A DNA stretch of 39,714 nt from contig JAJDAS010000078.1 of assembly GCA_029261755.1 (NCBI GenBank), positions 1 through 39,714 on the forward strand, given 5' to 3'. The first letter of the stretch is position 1, and each line of letters opens with the position of its first letter. The stretch is from Nitrospinia bacterium (lineage in GTDB: Bacteria; Nitrospinota; Nitrospinia; JACRGO01). The notes beneath the pieces were generated by a model, which was not told where the DNA came from, ran no database searches, and worked only from the letters and a program-made list of their open reading frames with translations. Shown here in pieces: positions 37,914 to 39,714 of this stretch. A program made the position numbers and the translations under genes.

Positions 37914-38210
37914 ATGGGACAAATAGGTTTTGAGGTGGAACATCCCGGGAAAGTGTTATGGGAGGAATATTTGCAACCCATGGATATTTCTCAATCTCAA
38001 TTAGCTCGAAACATTCATATCAGTTTCCAACGGGTCAATGAGCTAATTAATGGCAAGAGAGGAATAACCCCGGATACGACTTTGAGGCTTTCCCGCTATT
38101 TGGGTACAACTGCGGAATACTGGCTTAACTGGCAAGCGTGCTACGATCTGCAACAAATGGAGAAAAAGCGAAAAGACGAATATACGCAAATAGAACGTGT
38201 TGCGGCATAG
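37914..38210 (+). CDS. higA: HigA-family antitoxin
   Basis: HPGKVLWEEYL..SQSQLA..RVNELINGKRGITPDT.LRLSRY.GTTAEYWLNWQ. Confidence 0.95.
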   Translation: MGQIGFEVEHPGKVLWEEYLQPMDISQSQLARNIHISFQRVNELINGKRGITPDTTLRLSRYLGTTAEYWLNWQACYDLQQMEKKRKDEYTQIERVAA

Positions 38211-38296
38211 AATTGACCACTAGAGCAATCAATGACGGCCCAGCCAAATGGCAATCAATGACACCGAAGGTAGAGGAAGTTATTGGAGGGAATAAA

Positions 38297-38533
38297 ATGA
38301 GCGCTTTAAGTTTGAGACTACCTAATTCGATACACAGACACATTAAAGAGATAGCCAAAAGGGAAGGAGTATCAATAAACCACTTTATTTCGTCTGCGGT
38401 TTCGGAGAAAATTTCAGCGATCATGACGGAAGATTATTTAATAAACAGGGCTAAAAGAGCAAGAAAAGCAGACTTAAAAAAGATTCTGGATAAGGTCCCT
38501 GACCGGGAACCACTTCCCGGGGATGAGTTATAA
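38297..38533 (+). CDS. Ribbon-helix-helix antitoxin-like protein (HicB/CopG-like), no adjacent toxin
   Basis: MSALSLRLPNSIH..GVSINHFISSAVSEK..VPDREP..DEL; GGAGG before ATG 38297. Confidence 0.85.
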   Translation: MSALSLRLPNSIHRHIKEIAKREGVSINHFISSAVSEKISAIMTEDYLINRAKRARKADLKKILDKVPDREPLPGDEL

Positions 38534-38572
38534 GGCAAAGCTCACATATGCCCATCAATGTCACCGGAAAGT

Positions 38573-38627
38573 AAATGGCTGTTTTCTTTGAATTGATGGC
38601 TTCCGGGAAGACGGCGAGCTTTTAGGA
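38573..38627 (+). repeat. ~55-bp direct repeat, copy A
   Basis: About 43 of 56 aligned columns identical to 39226-39280 (manual alignment). Confidence 0.7.
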
Positions 38628-38713
38628 CACAGTTCTATTTGTAGCTACATCTTTTATGTTTTATATTATTTCAACTCAACTTTCTTGTAATTTTGTACCC
38701 ACAATAATAGAAT

Positions 38714-38962
38714 ATGAAATGGAACGATTTTATTCCATCCGAATTTGAGTATGACTGGGAGCAGGATAAGCTTGGCGTCCATGGCGTTAATTTTGAAGAA
38801 GCTGTTGAAACCTTCTTTAATGATTGTCAGATCAGAAGGAATAAAAGGTTTAAGGACCGCTGGCAGTTAATTGGGCGGACAAATGGCGGCAGGAGGCTAA
38901 AAATAATTTTTCAACTTAAACCTGGCAAAATTGTCAGAATAATTACAGGATGGCCGATATGA
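38714..38962 (+). CDS. BrnT-family toxin
   Basis: FEYDW..K...HGVNFEEAVETF..RWQLIGRT..RRLKIIF..VRIITG. Confidence 0.88.
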   Translation: MKWNDFIPSEFEYDWEQDKLGVHGVNFEEAVETFFNDCQIRRNKRFKDRWQLIGRTNGGRRLKIIFQLKPGKIVRIITGWPI

Positions 38963-39231
38963 CAAAACGAAAAAACATGACCGAGGAAGAAATTGACAAA
39001 ATAGTTATTTCAGAGGCGGATGATATGAATAAGTGGGATAAGCCAGTCACCGTCAAACCTACCTCCATTCGCTTTTCACCGGCAATTATTGAAAAAGCTA
39101 AATATCTTGCGAAACTTCACAGGGCTCGCGGCTACCAGACATGGTTAAAACAGATCGTAGAAGAACGTATTAAGCAGGAGGAAAAACTTCTTTCTGATTT
39201 TAAGCGGGAATTAGAAGTAGTCAGCAAATGA
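38959..39231 (+). CDS. Cognate antitoxin (BrnA/CopG-like)
   Basis: ATGA overlap with the toxin stop; TSIRF..KAKYLA..GYQTWLKQIVEER RHH-like C-terminus. ATG 38950 is an alternative start. Confidence 0.8.
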   Translation: MTKRKNMTEEEIDKIVISEADDMNKWDKPVTVKPTSIRFSPAIIEKAKYLAKLHRARGYQTWLKQIVEERIKQEEKLLSDFKRELEVVSK

Positions 39232-39280
39232 CTGGTTTTTTTAATTGACGGTCACCAGGGAAGGCAGCGGGCTTTTGGGA
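39226..39280 (+). repeat. ~55-bp direct repeat, copy B
   Basis: Similar to 38573-38627; overlaps the antitoxin stop codon. Confidence 0.7.
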
Positions 39281-39321
39281 TTCAATTTGAAAAGGGGTTT
39301 AATTTAAAAAATTTCAGTCAG

Positions 39322-39714
39322 TTACCTTATGGCTTTTTGATCCTGTTTTAACTTTTCAGAAAGACCGTCGATGCTTAGGAACGAAACATCAGGAAACCGC
39401 TTTGCTATAAATTGCATCGCTACTGGTTTACTGAAGCAAACGACAGTATGGATATGAATATTTTGACTCCCCATTCTGGTTGTCTTGGCTACATCCTCAG
39501 TCCTTTTAGCCAAAAGGTTGCAACGATCCTGATGTTTAAGCAAATCATCGCGTTTCCCGTTCGGTAAAACCAGGCCGCTAAAGTTTTTAAGTTGCTCTGC
39601 CATTTCTCCAGAAGTCTTTGCGAATTTGAGATTTTTACATTCTATTGCTAACACTTCATCCCCTTCTGGCTTCCATGCGAGGACGTCCACATCGCCATAG
39701 TCTTTATCAAGTTT
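39322..39714 (-). CDS. 3' end of a protein with a C-terminal PD-(D/E)xK nuclease-like domain (partial)
   Basis: Frame is open to the window edge: KLDKDYGDVDVLAW...LAIECK (D...ExK). Confidence 0.65.
   Translation of the reverse strand, partial: KLDKDYGDVDVLAWKPEGDEVLAIECKNLKFAKTSGEMAEQLKNFSGLVLPNGKRDDLLKHQDRCNLLAKRTEDVAKTTRMGSQNIHIHTVVCFSKPVAMQFIAKRFPDVSFLSIDGLSEKLKQDQKAIR

Noticed and set aside
38138-38296. N-terminal extension of the 131-aa ORF, possibly a PIN toxin tail (TPK..IG)
   Set aside because: Overlaps higA; the SD points to ATG 38297; the PIN resemblance is too short to support.
39250-39275. GGAAGGCAGC resembling the SRP RNA core
   Set aside because: Lacks the surrounding long stem; better explained as part of the 55-bp repeat.
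1-39714. CRISPR array, rRNA, tRNA, IS transposase, prophage genes
   Set aside because: No regularly spaced repeats, cloverleaf or rRNA signatures, or matching proteins seen by eye; dedicated scanners were not run.

Overview
A bacterial chromosomal window with a housekeeping core (purS-purQ-purL-purF, ihfA plus a MerR-type HTH gene, an EF-G paralogue, rlmN, tatA, HU) among accessory blocks. Left end: an AT-rich glycyl radical enzyme (GRE) and activase pair with a non-canonical C-G-C-T-E active-site loop, then decayed signalling genes (SiaC-like pseudogene, isolated HATPase domain, REC-HisKA, pseudo-REC-PilZ). Next: an MMPL/RND plus LolA-like pair behind a 24-bp palindrome, and a promoter / structured leader / terminator upstream of an NYN-CSD RNase gene. 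Right half: an HD-GYP regulator, two GT-C-type membrane glycosyltransferases, two TolC genes and a CusB-like gene without a pump, and a toxin-antitoxin cluster with a ~55-bp repeat after two consecutive modules. Reading the intergenic DNA by hand revealed five gene remnants missed by the ORF track (SiaC, MacB-type permease, XRE-HTH, GT9, HigB), two of which abut a shared repeat family. No CRISPR array, rRNA, tRNA or transposase was seen. All calls come from manual motif recognition; no searches were run.
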